Positions 12,001 through 20,302 of a DNA stretch of 64,000 nt are shown here, one piece after another. The stretch is from Bacteroidota bacterium. GTDB lineage: Bacteria > Bacteroidota > Ignavibacteria > 0-14-0-80-59-12. The translations under genes and the position numbers were made by a program. Position 1 is the first letter of the stretch; every line of letters begins with the position of its first letter. The stretch is taken from positions 71,966-135,965 of the forward strand of contig JBMFJZ010000005.1 in NCBI GenBank assembly GCA_049973045.1, in the 5' to 3' direction. The notes under the pieces are model-generated. The model searched no databases. It saw only the letters and a program-made list of their open reading frames with translations, and was not told the origin of the DNA.

Positions 12001-13041
12001 TGAATCGACAGGAAGAATTTTATCCCGACTTTCATCCCAGTATTCATAATCGACGGCTGTCTCTCCCTTATACTGATGTGTGGTGCCGTGTAACACGACC
12101 GTTCCGCCTCGTTCCATCATGTAATGAAGAGCATCAACGTAGTCAGGTTTATCTGACATCGCCACGCGCGTTCCAGTCGCAGGATTCACGTAGAAAGGGA
12201 TAACACCAACAAGAAAAGGAATATGTCGAGCATAGAGAAGATCAGCAACATTTCTTAGTTGAGCAGGATCAGAAAATGGATTTGTATCTTCAATCCGAAT
12301 AATGGCTGAGTGAAATTCGGGGTGATCTTCGCCAAGGATGTCATGTAGCATATCAGCGAACAGAAGGTATCGATCTGCCTCAGTTGCATAGGAAAACGGC
12401 GAATCGGCAACATACCAAAATGGTGCGCCGTTAGAGGAGTAAGAATTGCTCCTGATGATGTAGGGAATCGTCACGTGCTTCCGTGTTGATGTGGCTGTCG
12501 CTAACACCTGACATCGATTCGGATCGACTATCCTGATCACGTTTGCGTTCGGTTCCGTCTTTCTGAAGCGAGTCCCTTTTCCATCAACGACGTCGTAAAC
12601 GGAGCTTGTGTCGAACCTCACATATGTAAATCCAAATCGCTTTCTGAGATCGAACACACTGGCAAATTTCTCCATTCCAGTGTTCAACCAGATGAGAGGC
12701 TTTGTCGCTTCATAAGCATCCTTCAGGAATTTCTGCGGAGGGACATCCTTTTTTGTAAAACCTATGTAGAATGTAAAATCATATTGTGATATCTCACCGG
12801 GCTTGTACAAGTTCACCGCCTGGATTGTCACATTTGTCTGAAAATGACCGAGGAGCTGGCGAAGCTGCCTTGCATCACCCAAGCCCCCGTTCAGTGGGGA
12901 ACTTCCTGCTTCATGGAGGATCAAGACTTTCTTCAAATTCTCCTCACGTCCTGCTAAGCGGGACGAGCTTCCGGCTACAAGCACGAGAATAAGCAGGAGA
13001 ACGATTCGACCCACTGCTTTTTTCACGCTAAACATTTTCAT
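9055..13041 (-). CDS. 1328-aa exported multidomain protein: DUF2334-type polysaccharide deacetylase-like domain + glycoside-hydrolase-like TIM-barrel region + C-terminal TM anchor
   Basis: Signal peptide at the N-terminus. DUF2334-like block: IIRIEDTNPF..ARHIPFLVGVIPFY..VVLHGTTHQY. Later GH-like block: GIRVIYVAGWHEY..NGILVYAWLEPPQV..EHPEWREKNYKG..DWDGVNIAELYFE. Terminal hydrophobic helix: IIVMFGLVSGGLLLILYLVV. Confidence 0.6.
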   Translation of the reverse strand: MKMFSVKKAVGRIVLLLILVLVAGSSSRLAGREENLKKVLILHEAGSSPLNGGLGDARQLRQLLGHFQTNVTIQAVNLYKPGEISQYDFTFYIGFTKKDVPPQKFLKDAYEATKPLIWLNTGMEKFASVFDLRKRFGFTYVRFDTSSVYDVVDGKGTRFRKTEPNANVIRIVDPNRCQVLATATSTRKHVTIPYIIRSNSYSSNGAPFWYVADSPFSYATEADRYLLFADMLHDILGEDHPEFHSAIIRIEDTNPFSDPAQLRNVADLLYARHIPFLVGVIPFYVNPATGTRVAMSDKPDYVDALHYMMERGGTVVLHGTTHQYKGETAVDYEYWDESRDKILPVDSKEYVEKKLRDAINECMKNGVYPLLWETPHYSASMLDYSVFAEHFSTAIEQRLVLERLDYSQYFPYVIFKDIYGQRIYPENLGYIPLEPDKQKEEEAVDRLISYAKVNLAVRDGFATAFFHPFLDLDLLARLVDGIQSLGYTYIDLRDSTNIVKFADRVILSGSAPITLSLNEQYLREVFLDEKGQVARREVSLERLKKSVTREIKLEPGWIYVAEPTEYRERALSFWEKLTYRISNLAQRIFGTKEPQVPANVLLLYDPRAAGGAKNDQSSLASAFLVLNIPLDSLAVSSITTIELGDHNLVLVPYNVADSLTDDQIETLRAYVEQGGNLITDFRNPVAAELGVHFLESTIRIDRVRDRLFPDELLRWQRSEVMNKFETMNDDEIMVTDDKTETPVVIGRRYGRGSFIFFGTRFDPMSNGGFSRYPYLIYHVERFLLLRPIVRREQLEMYFDPGFRHTVSIEQLVSQWASKGIRVIYVAGWHEYQRYTYDYARLVRLAHANGILVYAWLEPPQVSQKFWTEHPEWREKNYKGEDVRPSWRYPVALTDRACLDAALEYYRKLLVSYDWDGVNIAELYFEAGQGMRDPKLMTPMHPSARNQFRRTYGFDPIELFEPSSPHYWRSNPSSLSDFTTYRVRMVTNLHEVFLSLADSIRNSKAGFRIVVTVMDNLDAPELRNNFGVDVREILPLRAKYPFTLLIEDPESMWSHDPRRYEAIANRYRALLDSDDFALDLNILSFRPDTVITPFPTRIQTGTESYWLVHSAACGAKRAVIYAESSVNPQDLSLLPYAYAARTSVKKVDDGWEVNTATPIVLQLAAGTQEIWRGDERMVSIGNGKFLLPIGSYRIREVPSVVSPFQPDILETRILSITGELLSARSSQRSVELRYRSDTRCIVTLTKEPYALFVDGRESSFKALKGDGRYALVLPPGEHTVLIVAQSTVSYGVDFTSFWSSSIIVMFGLVSGGLLLILYLVVRMRYRSLL

Positions 13042-13093
13042 CTTTCAGTTTGCATTCATTAATGTTCAATTCCTGAAGTTGTCAGGAACAGGC

Positions 13094-14353
13094 TTACAAT
13101 TCGGCCCTGCCTATGGGATGGGGTGTCGCCCTCACATAAATATCCGATCCATGAAACTCCCCCGGGCGCCTTGAGCGTAAACCGAATTCGTATCGAAGTG
13201 CTTCCACGATTCTTTCAGAGGCGCGCCCATCTCCATACGGGTTCACTGCTGAAGCCATACGGCGATACTCCTTTTCATCAGTGAGAAGATGATACGACTC
13301 TTTGAAAATCTTATCCTCAGCAAGACCCACCAATTTCGCTGTTCCTGCCATCACCGCCTCAGGTCGCTCAGTGAGATGACGCATCACAAGGACAGGTTTC
13401 CCAAGAGAAGGTGCCTCTTCTTGAATGCCACCAGAATCTGTGATTACAAAATAGCTGAGATTCATCAAATTGACGAAGTCCAGGTATTCAAGCGGTTCAA
13501 CGAGATAAACATTCGGTATGTCACCCAATTCCTTGAAAACTACTTCACGGACAATAGGGTTAAGATGAACTGGAAAGGCGAACATGACATCTTTTGCTGC
13601 AGGAGAATTAGCTAACCTGCGAATCGCCCGACAGGCAGCACGCATTGGTTCACCCCAGTTTTCCCGACGATGGCTCGTGATAAGAATAAGTCGACGATGG
13701 TTTCTCTGAACCTCACGCACGATGTGGAGCACTCTTTTATCAGCTCGCCGCGGCGAGTAGTCTGTCTTGAGCGCCATATGGAGAGCATCAATAACGGTGT
13801 TACCCGTAACATAGATGCGCTTTGGTTGTACGTTTTCAGCGAGCAGCGCACGCTTCGCTGCAAGAGTTGGTGCAAAATGGTAGTCTGCTATCACAGTTGT
13901 CAATCGACGGTTTATCTCTTCAGGAAATGGGTTGAATTTATCTTCTGTGCGCAGTCCTGCTTCTACATGTCCAACAGGAATACGGTGGTAGAACGCCGCA
14001 AGGCTTCCCAGAAACGTCGTCGACGTGTCCCCCTGGACGAGCACGACATCAGGTTTCAGTGTTGAGAACAACTTCCCTAAGCGCTCTATGGCACGAGCGG
14101 TGATTTGCTCCAGCGTTTGCTCTGGCAACATAATGTTAAGATCATGCTCAGGATGAATCTTGAAAACATTCAGGACTTGATCAAGCATCTGGCGATGTTG
14201 CGCAGTTGCAATGGGGACAACAGTAAATTCATTTGAGCGTTGCTGGAGAGCTTTGATGACTGGAGCAAGTTTGATAGTATCAGGTCTGGTTCCAAAAACT
14301 ACGGCAGCAGTAATCAACCAAAACTCCGCGAAAAACTGGTTAAAATATATCAT
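13094..14353 (-). CDS. wecB: UDP-N-acetylglucosamine 2-epimerase (non-hydrolysing)
   Basis: ORF 13094..14521. The family core starts at VVFGTRPDTIKLAPV and continues with ..VLVQGDTSTT..HVEAGLRT..DSGGIQEEAPSLGKPVLV. The first 56 aa of the ORF look like a non-coding extension, so the start is probably MIYFNQ at 14353. Confidence 0.88.
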   Translation of the reverse strand: MIYFNQFFAEFWLITAAVVFGTRPDTIKLAPVIKALQQRSNEFTVVPIATAQHRQMLDQVLNVFKIHPEHDLNIMLPEQTLEQITARAIERLGKLFSTLKPDVVLVQGDTSTTFLGSLAAFYHRIPVGHVEAGLRTEDKFNPFPEEINRRLTTVIADYHFAPTLAAKRALLAENVQPKRIYVTGNTVIDALHMALKTDYSPRRADKRVLHIVREVQRNHRRLILITSHRRENWGEPMRAACRAIRRLANSPAAKDVMFAFPVHLNPIVREVVFKELGDIPNVYLVEPLEYLDFVNLMNLSYFVITDSGGIQEEAPSLGKPVLVMRHLTERPEAVMAGTAKLVGLAEDKIFKESYHLLTDEKEYRRMASAVNPYGDGRASERIVEALRYEFGLRSRRPGEFHGSDIYVRATPHPIGRAEL

Positions 14354-14581
14354 GTTAGGCTTCGAGAAGCAAAGAAGCGAACCAATGATGCTTAAGAGAT
14401 GTAAGTTCGCCTTAGAGCGAACTTTTCTGCGGGCTGTTGCGAGCTTTTTCTTATTCCTCAGTGGTCCCGATAAGCCGGGACTACCTACTTCAGCAATCTG
14501 AGAATCTCCAACTGGTCGCACAGACTCGTGCTACATTTGCCACGACAAAGTCCGCCATAGGCGAACCAATGTAGTCTCGGC

Positions 14582-17500
14582 TCATCTTTGTTCTTCAGGG
14601 TACGGAGGCAGATATGGTGGTCGAGGAGGCAAGACTTTCGGATGTTCGCGGATTTCTTTTAGAAGCACCTCAACGGCTTTTTCAAGCTGTGGATCGTGCC
14701 CCTCCATCACCAGGGTTGGTGACTCATCTACAACAATGTCTGGATCGACGCCATGGTTTTCAATAATCCATTCGCTCCTCAGTCCATAAATGGAAAACTC
14801 CGGCACTGTCACATAGCCGCCGTCAACAAGAGGGCGGTATCCACGTATGCCGCGAACTCCACCCCATGTCCGCTCACCGATAAGCGGACCCAGACCATAT
14901 TTCCTGAAATAATACGGAAAGATATCTCCATCTGATGCAGAGTATCCATTGATAAGACATGCCATATAGCCGTAGAAAACCTGTTCAGGAATTGTCTCGT
15001 TCGCTCCATTCCGTGACATTGACATGCCAACAAGGATTCGGCGCAAGCGTTCAAGTATCATCTCATCAACAAATCCCCCACCATTGTACCGAACATCGAT
15101 GATCAAGCCCTCTTTCCGGATCTGAGGATAGTATTGTTCGACAAATGCATTCAACCCGTCAGCACTCATATCAGGCAGATAAATGTAGCCGATTTTCCCG
15201 CCCGAGAGTGAATCAACTTTTTCTCTGTTGCTTGTGACCCAGGAGAGATACCGCAAACCGAATTCACTTTCAATCGGTTTGACGATAACCTTTCTGGAGC
15301 CCTCAGTCGTTGCCTTTGTATTGACTGTGAGTGTGACCGTTTGTCCAACCGTGTTTACAAAGAAACTATAGGGATTAGCGGGTGCCTTCACCGGGGCGCC
15401 ATTGACCGCAAGAAGATATTCCCCCTCTTTCACGTCGATGCCCGGTTCTGTGAGGGGGGAACGACGGTTCTCTTTGAAATTTTCTCCTGGATAAATCTTC
15501 GCAAAGCGATAATACCCAGATTCAGGGTCAAGCGCAAAATCAACACCCAGCATCCCTACATTGACAGGGTGAAGGTCTGGCATAGCTCCACCACCAACAT
15601 ATGTATGCGAGTTCCCCAACTCTCCGATCATCTCTCCAATAACGTAGGTCAAATCATATCGGTCAAGGACATGTGGAAGAAGTACTTCATATTTTTTCCT
15701 TGTGGCTTCCCAATCGATGCCATTCATCGCTGGTGAGTAGAAGAAATCCCGTTCAAGCCGCCATGCTTGATCGAACATTTCACGCCACTCCTCTCTCGGA
15801 TCAACGCGCATTTTCATGAAGTCCAGGTTCAATGCCCCGTCTCCAACTTTGTATGATTGAGGCTTTGAGTCGATGATCCCAAACGTTTTTCCACTCTTGT
15901 AAATGATCTTGTTTCCATCAGCGGAGAGGTCATAGGCATCGACCGGGGAGAGGAGCGTTGTCTCTTTCCGTTCAACAAAGTCGTAGCAATGAAGTGCAGG
16001 CTCTTCGCCGGAGGCGTTTCCGGAAAGACCCATCGTCGGGGCTGTTATATAATAGATTCGACCCCTTGCTGCATTGAGCGACCGGATGTTGCCTGGCTTG
16101 ATTGGAACATTCACAACTCGCTTATCAATCCCTTCGAGATCGATCCGAATTGTTTTCGGCTTTTGTCCGCCGGCGGACTTCTCCTTTCCCTCACCTGTTT
16201 TCACTGCTGCCTCATCGCTCCGTGGAGCAAAGGGAGAAAGGCTATCCACTTGCAGAGTAGCAACATAAATGCCGGTCGTTTTCGTATACGAATAACTTGC
16301 ATCGAAATTTCCAAGCACTGCATTATAGTTTCGGTCGGAGAGGAAATATAGATACTTCCCTTCGGGATCGAATACCCCGGACCGGCTGTTCGTGAAGCCT
16401 GTTGTCACCGGGTGAATCTTCTTGTCATCCAGTGAGTAAAGATAGATCGCTGTGAAGGTATTGTCATGATGCTTATCGTAAACAATCCACTTGCTGTCTG
16501 GAGACCAACCGTAGTTTTGAATTTCCCAGTAACGATCCTGGTCGACAAAGGTTACTTGCTTCGTGTCAATATCGACGTAGTACAAACGGAGGCTTTTATC
16601 AGCAAAGAGAAGCTTCTTACTATCGGGTGACCAAACTGGAGGGTAGCGGTACACTTTACCATCGAGGGTAACACGAATCTCCTGAGCGCCTTCTTCATCT
16701 GGTTTCAGATACAACTCATCTTCACCGCTGCGATCGGAGAAATATGCAATCCATTTCCCGTCTGGAGACCATGTCGGATATTTTTCATTAACACCGGATG
16801 TCTTTGTCAGGTCGCGAGTATTCCCTTCTTTCTCCGGCACTGTGAAGATATCTCCGCGAGCTTCAAATAGCGCTCGCTTTCCATCTGGAGAGAGTGTAAA
16901 GCCTGTTATGAACTTGCTTGCATCGACCCACTGCGGCTGTGCTTCAACAAAATCCCCAAGAACTTGAACATCCACTTTCCTCTCTTGCTCCGTTGCTAAA
17001 TCAAGGACGTAGAGATAGCCTCCGTTCTCAAACACAATTGCATCGGGACCAAGACTGGGCCAATTCACATCGTAGTCTGTGAAGTGAGTAACCTGACGAG
17101 TAATTCTGGTCTTAATATCGTAGGCATAAATATTCATTCGGTGAGCGCTATCACGATCTGAAGTGAAGTAGATCGTTTCCTTGTACCACATTGGTGATGT
17201 ATCAGTTCCCTTCCAATCTGTGATGCGTTCTTCCTTCTTTGTCTTAAGATCATAGATGAAAATATCTTGCTGCAGTCCGCCGTAGTAGCGTTTCCATGTG
17301 CGGAAGTTGCGGAAAATCCGGTTGTAGGCAATCTTGCTTCCATCTGGCGAGAACGATGTTAACCCCCCTTTCGGCAGCGGGAACTGGACTTCCAGACCTC
17401 CTTCGATACTAATGCTGAAAAGTCTCCCAAACCAATTAGAAAACGTATTCTCACGCGACAGGAAAAGAATCCGCTTACCATCAGGATACCAGGTGATAAC

Positions 17501-17926
17501 TTCATTGTTGGGACCCATCCTTTCGGGAATTTTCGCAACATCCGGGTGAAACGTGAGCTGTTTTGGAGTTCCCCCTTCAGATGGCATCACGTAAACATTA
17601 AAATTCCCATCATATTGACCAGTGAAAGCAATCTTCGAACCGTCGGGCGAAAACTTCGGGAAGAGCTCAAGACCCGGATGGGATGTCAATCGGCGTGCCA
17701 CACCTCCTTGACTTGAGACAATCCACAAGTCACCAGCGTACGAAAAGACAATGCGATCCTTGTAAATGTCAGGGAACCGAAGGAGCCGCCCCTCTTTTCC
17801 GCTAAGGGGAGCGGGATTTTCAAGTTGAGCTGGAGCAGTTCCAGCTTGAGCTGCGAGCGCCAGCAGCAGAGCGCAAATCCGCCACTGGCGGATAAGGAAG
17901 TCAACAAAGTGTTTCAGGAATTTCAT
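14582..17926 (-). CDS. tricorn protease homologue (S41B peptidase with TolB-like propellers and PDZ)
   Basis: 1114 aa with a signal peptide and the N-terminal block FPDIYKDRIVFSYAGDLWIV..HPGLELFPKFSPDGSKIAF. FSPDG/WSPDG propeller repeats recur, and the C-terminal S41 core contains GYSASDGDIFPYYF. Confidence 0.85.
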   Translation of the reverse strand: MKFLKHFVDFLIRQWRICALLLALAAQAGTAPAQLENPAPLSGKEGRLLRFPDIYKDRIVFSYAGDLWIVSSQGGVARRLTSHPGLELFPKFSPDGSKIAFTGQYDGNFNVYVMPSEGGTPKQLTFHPDVAKIPERMGPNNEVITWYPDGKRILFLSRENTFSNWFGRLFSISIEGGLEVQFPLPKGGLTSFSPDGSKIAYNRIFRNFRTWKRYYGGLQQDIFIYDLKTKKEERITDWKGTDTSPMWYKETIYFTSDRDSAHRMNIYAYDIKTRITRQVTHFTDYDVNWPSLGPDAIVFENGGYLYVLDLATEQERKVDVQVLGDFVEAQPQWVDASKFITGFTLSPDGKRALFEARGDIFTVPEKEGNTRDLTKTSGVNEKYPTWSPDGKWIAYFSDRSGEDELYLKPDEEGAQEIRVTLDGKVYRYPPVWSPDSKKLLFADKSLRLYYVDIDTKQVTFVDQDRYWEIQNYGWSPDSKWIVYDKHHDNTFTAIYLYSLDDKKIHPVTTGFTNSRSGVFDPEGKYLYFLSDRNYNAVLGNFDASYSYTKTTGIYVATLQVDSLSPFAPRSDEAAVKTGEGKEKSAGGQKPKTIRIDLEGIDKRVVNVPIKPGNIRSLNAARGRIYYITAPTMGLSGNASGEEPALHCYDFVERKETTLLSPVDAYDLSADGNKIIYKSGKTFGIIDSKPQSYKVGDGALNLDFMKMRVDPREEWREMFDQAWRLERDFFYSPAMNGIDWEATRKKYEVLLPHVLDRYDLTYVIGEMIGELGNSHTYVGGGAMPDLHPVNVGMLGVDFALDPESGYYRFAKIYPGENFKENRRSPLTEPGIDVKEGEYLLAVNGAPVKAPANPYSFFVNTVGQTVTLTVNTKATTEGSRKVIVKPIESEFGLRYLSWVTSNREKVDSLSGGKIGYIYLPDMSADGLNAFVEQYYPQIRKEGLIIDVRYNGGGFVDEMILERLRRILVGMSMSRNGANETIPEQVFYGYMACLINGYSASDGDIFPYYFRKYGLGPLIGERTWGGVRGIRGYRPLVDGGYVTVPEFSIYGLRSEWIIENHGVDPDIVVDESPTLVMEGHDPQLEKAVEVLLKEIREHPKVLPPRPPYLPPYPEEQR

Positions 17927-18040
17927 AGAAAGCTCCTTTCCGGCCCGCCGTCGGCGGACGCCCTCCGGCGGATCCCATTTAATTATTAATTAATCGAGCC
18001 TTGCACCTACCTACTCCGATAAATGTATCATATCATCTTC

Positions 18041-18454
18041 TCAGTTATCCACTTCAATTTTATTTTTCACCTTCATCACAATTTTTCTCGCAAACTCTAT
18101 TGCTTCCAGAGCATCTTTTTCTCTATAAGTTTTGTATGGTACGGCTGGTGTTGCAAGAGCATCGGGATATCTTGTGGGAATATAGTACCGATCAAGAATC
18201 ATCCCCATCTCTATAAACTCTGTGAAGTCATTATCATATTGAGTGCATATTTGCGCAAGTTGTTGAATAGAGTGTTCCCAAATTAACCTTTTCTTATGAT
18301 AGATTACGAACGCTTTGAGCGCTACCTGAGCTGTTTGTTCTGCCATGAAACATACATCTGAATAAAATTTCTGTTGCAGATTACTCTCTGCAACTTTAAG
18401 GTTGTGTTCAGCTTGGTCTAGCCACCGCAGTGCCTCCTCCTTAGTTAGTTTCAT
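18041..18454 (-). CDS. HEPN domain protein (toxin-like partner of the upstream nucleotidyltransferase)
   Basis: 137-aa helical protein (WLDQAEHNLKVAE...AEQTAQVALKAF...) whose start overlaps the stop of the MNT gene by 14 nt. Confidence 0.75.
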   Translation of the reverse strand: MKLTKEEALRWLDQAEHNLKVAESNLQQKFYSDVCFMAEQTAQVALKAFVIYHKKRLIWEHSIQQLAQICTQYDNDFTEFIEMGMILDRYYIPTRYPDALATPAVPYKTYREKDALEAIEFARKIVMKVKNKIEVDN

Positions 18455-18776
18455 ATACAGTCCTCCCTTCCTTTAAGACTTGTTCTATAAAAGGATTCCC
18501 TGAGGCAATCATGCTTTGAAATTCTTCGGGCGTGTAAACAAAGACATCTACCTGTCCCAAATCGTAATCAATGAGCTTTGCAACTTCTATCAATCTCTCA
18601 AGGAACCTTTTATCTGTCTTCTTTATAACGACAAAATCAAGGTCGCTGTATTCGTCAGTTTCTCCTCTCACATACGAGCCAAATGCAATTATCTTTTCTG
18701 GTTCGTACCGCTTTATGCTTTCAATGACTCGCTCAACTCTGCCCATGTTACCATCTCTTAATTTTCTTTGCTTCAT
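18441..18776 (-). CDS. minimal nucleotidyltransferase (MNT) domain protein
   Basis: ORF 18441..18803, with the likely start MKQRK at 18776. It carries the NTase motif AFGSYVRGE..SDLDFVV. Confidence 0.75.
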   Translation of the reverse strand: MKQRKLRDGNMGRVERVIESIKRYEPEKIIAFGSYVRGETDEYSDLDFVVIKKTDKRFLERLIEVAKLIDYDLGQVDVFVYTPEEFQSMIASGNPFIEQVLKEGRTVYETN

Positions 18777-19026
18777 TTTACCACCTTTACTCCCCACTAT
18801 CAACTATCCACTACCCACCATCAACTACTACGAATCCACCCGCTCACCCTGTTTTTGTTTGCTATTTATTGGTCGACTTGCGGAATCAACCGCACGGGAA
18901 AAATTATCCAATCTTACCTTCATATGCAAGAGGGGTATCCGCTTAGATAACCTCTGCAAAGTAGTTCTTTTTCATCGTGATGAGCTTCCTTGAATTTCAC
19001 TCCTGCCATTTCTAATTTGGTCACGT

Positions 19027-20220
19027 ATGGGAACGAAGAAAGTCATACTTCGCCCCAAGGAAGCACGCCGTATCACAAATGGTCACCTGTGGGTTTTCAG
19101 CAATGAGGTGCAATCCGTCGAAGGGAACCCACGAGCGGGGGACGTTGTCGATCTCCATGCTGCAGGGGGTGAGTTCATCGGTCGGGGTTTTTATCACCCC
19201 CACTCTTTGATAACAGTACGTCTGCTGACGCGTGAGGCAGAAGAGATTGACTTCGGTTTCTTCGAGCGACGCATTTCAGCAGCGGCTGCACTCCGAGCAC
19301 GACTATATCCAAATGAGACTACCTATCGGCTTGTACACGGAGAAAGCGATTTTCTTCCCGGACTTGTCATAGACCGTTACAATGATATTTTCGCAATTCA
19401 GACATACTCCGCGGGGATGTATAACCGAATCACGCTGATCGCCGATGTTCTCCAGTCCGCCATAGGAGGGTTTCACCCCCTCTCAATTATTGAGCGGAAT
19501 GAATCACCTTTGCTCGGACTCGAACTTTTGCCAGAGCGGTCAGGGATTCTGCGGGGAAAAGAGACCTCAACGACAATTACGGAGCATGGAATCCTTTACC
19601 GGCTCGATGTGTTAAAGGGGCAAAAAACCGGTTTTTTCCTGGATCAAAGAGAAAATCGATATGCTTTTCGGCGATATGTTCAAGGCTGTCGCGTGCTCGA
19701 TGCATTTACAAACGATGGTGGATTTGCTTTAAACGCTGCAATGGCAGGGGCACGAGAGGTAATTGGCTTGGACATTTCAGAATTGGCTATTGAACGCGCC
19801 AAGCACAATGCGCGTTTGAACCGTGTCGCCGATCGGTGCACCTTCCTTGTTGCCGATGTATTTGAAGAGCTCCCGAAACTCGTGCGCGAAGTAGCCCATC
19901 AGGGCAAGTTCGATGTCATCAACCTCGATCCGCCGGCTCTCACAAAAAGCAAGAAAAATCTTGGAGCTGCTAAACACGCTTACAAAGAATTAAACTCAAT
20001 GGCTCTGCAACTCTTATCATCGGGTGGAATACTCGCAACATCCTCATGTTCGCATCATGTGGACGATCAGCTATTCTTCGAGACCATTGTCTCAGCAGCA
20101 CGCCAAGCACACCGCCAGATTCGGCTTCTCGATTGGCGCGGTGCCTCCCCGGACCATCCCGTGCTGAGCACAATGCCAGAAACTCGCTATTTGAAATTTG
20201 CTGTGTTCGTCGTAGATTGA
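19027..20220 (+). CDS. rlmI: class I SAM-dependent rRNA (cytosine-C5) methyltransferase, RlmI-like (PUA + MTase)
   Basis: 397 aa with N-terminal PUA-like ITNGHLWVFSNEV and Rossmann MTase motifs VLDAFTNDGGFAL and VINLDPPAL. Confidence 0.8.
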   Translation: MGTKKVILRPKEARRITNGHLWVFSNEVQSVEGNPRAGDVVDLHAAGGEFIGRGFYHPHSLITVRLLTREAEEIDFGFFERRISAAAALRARLYPNETTYRLVHGESDFLPGLVIDRYNDIFAIQTYSAGMYNRITLIADVLQSAIGGFHPLSIIERNESPLLGLELLPERSGILRGKETSTTITEHGILYRLDVLKGQKTGFFLDQRENRYAFRRYVQGCRVLDAFTNDGGFALNAAMAGAREVIGLDISELAIERAKHNARLNRVADRCTFLVADVFEELPKLVREVAHQGKFDVINLDPPALTKSKKNLGAAKHAYKELNSMALQLLSSGGILATSSCSHHVDDQLFFETIVSAARQAHRQIRLLDWRGASPDHPVLSTMPETRYLKFAVFVVD

Positions 20221-20302
20221 ATGCGGTGAACCTTCAGATGACCGGAAATTTAAAATTGGAAGGTACCGACCATTTGCCAGCGCAACTAATGGAGTCCGTT
20301 CG

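Noticed and set aside
13094-14521. Long N-terminal extensions in track ORFs (wecB 56 aa, gltX 23 aa, hutI 17 aa, SNF2 helicase 34 aa, hrcA 15 aa, coaD 9 aa)
   Set aside because: The family-conserved N-termini begin at internal Met codons, and the extensions are basic or low-complexity and unlike homologues. Shorter coordinates are reported, but the start sites remain unverified.
17927-18000. GC-rich mini-hairpins (ccgcc-gtc-ggcgg, cgcc-ctcc-ggcg) between the HEPN gene and the tricorn gene
   Set aside because: The stems are only 4-5 bp with no clear T-tract. This might be a weak terminator for the HEPN/MNT pair but it is not supportable as a feature.
18781-18850. Low-complexity repeats (atcaacta / ccac motifs) in the MNT-rlmI divergent intergenic region
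   Set aside because: The repetition is short, imperfect and C/A-rich without clear periodicity or symmetry. This is insufficient to call an operator or a repeat element.
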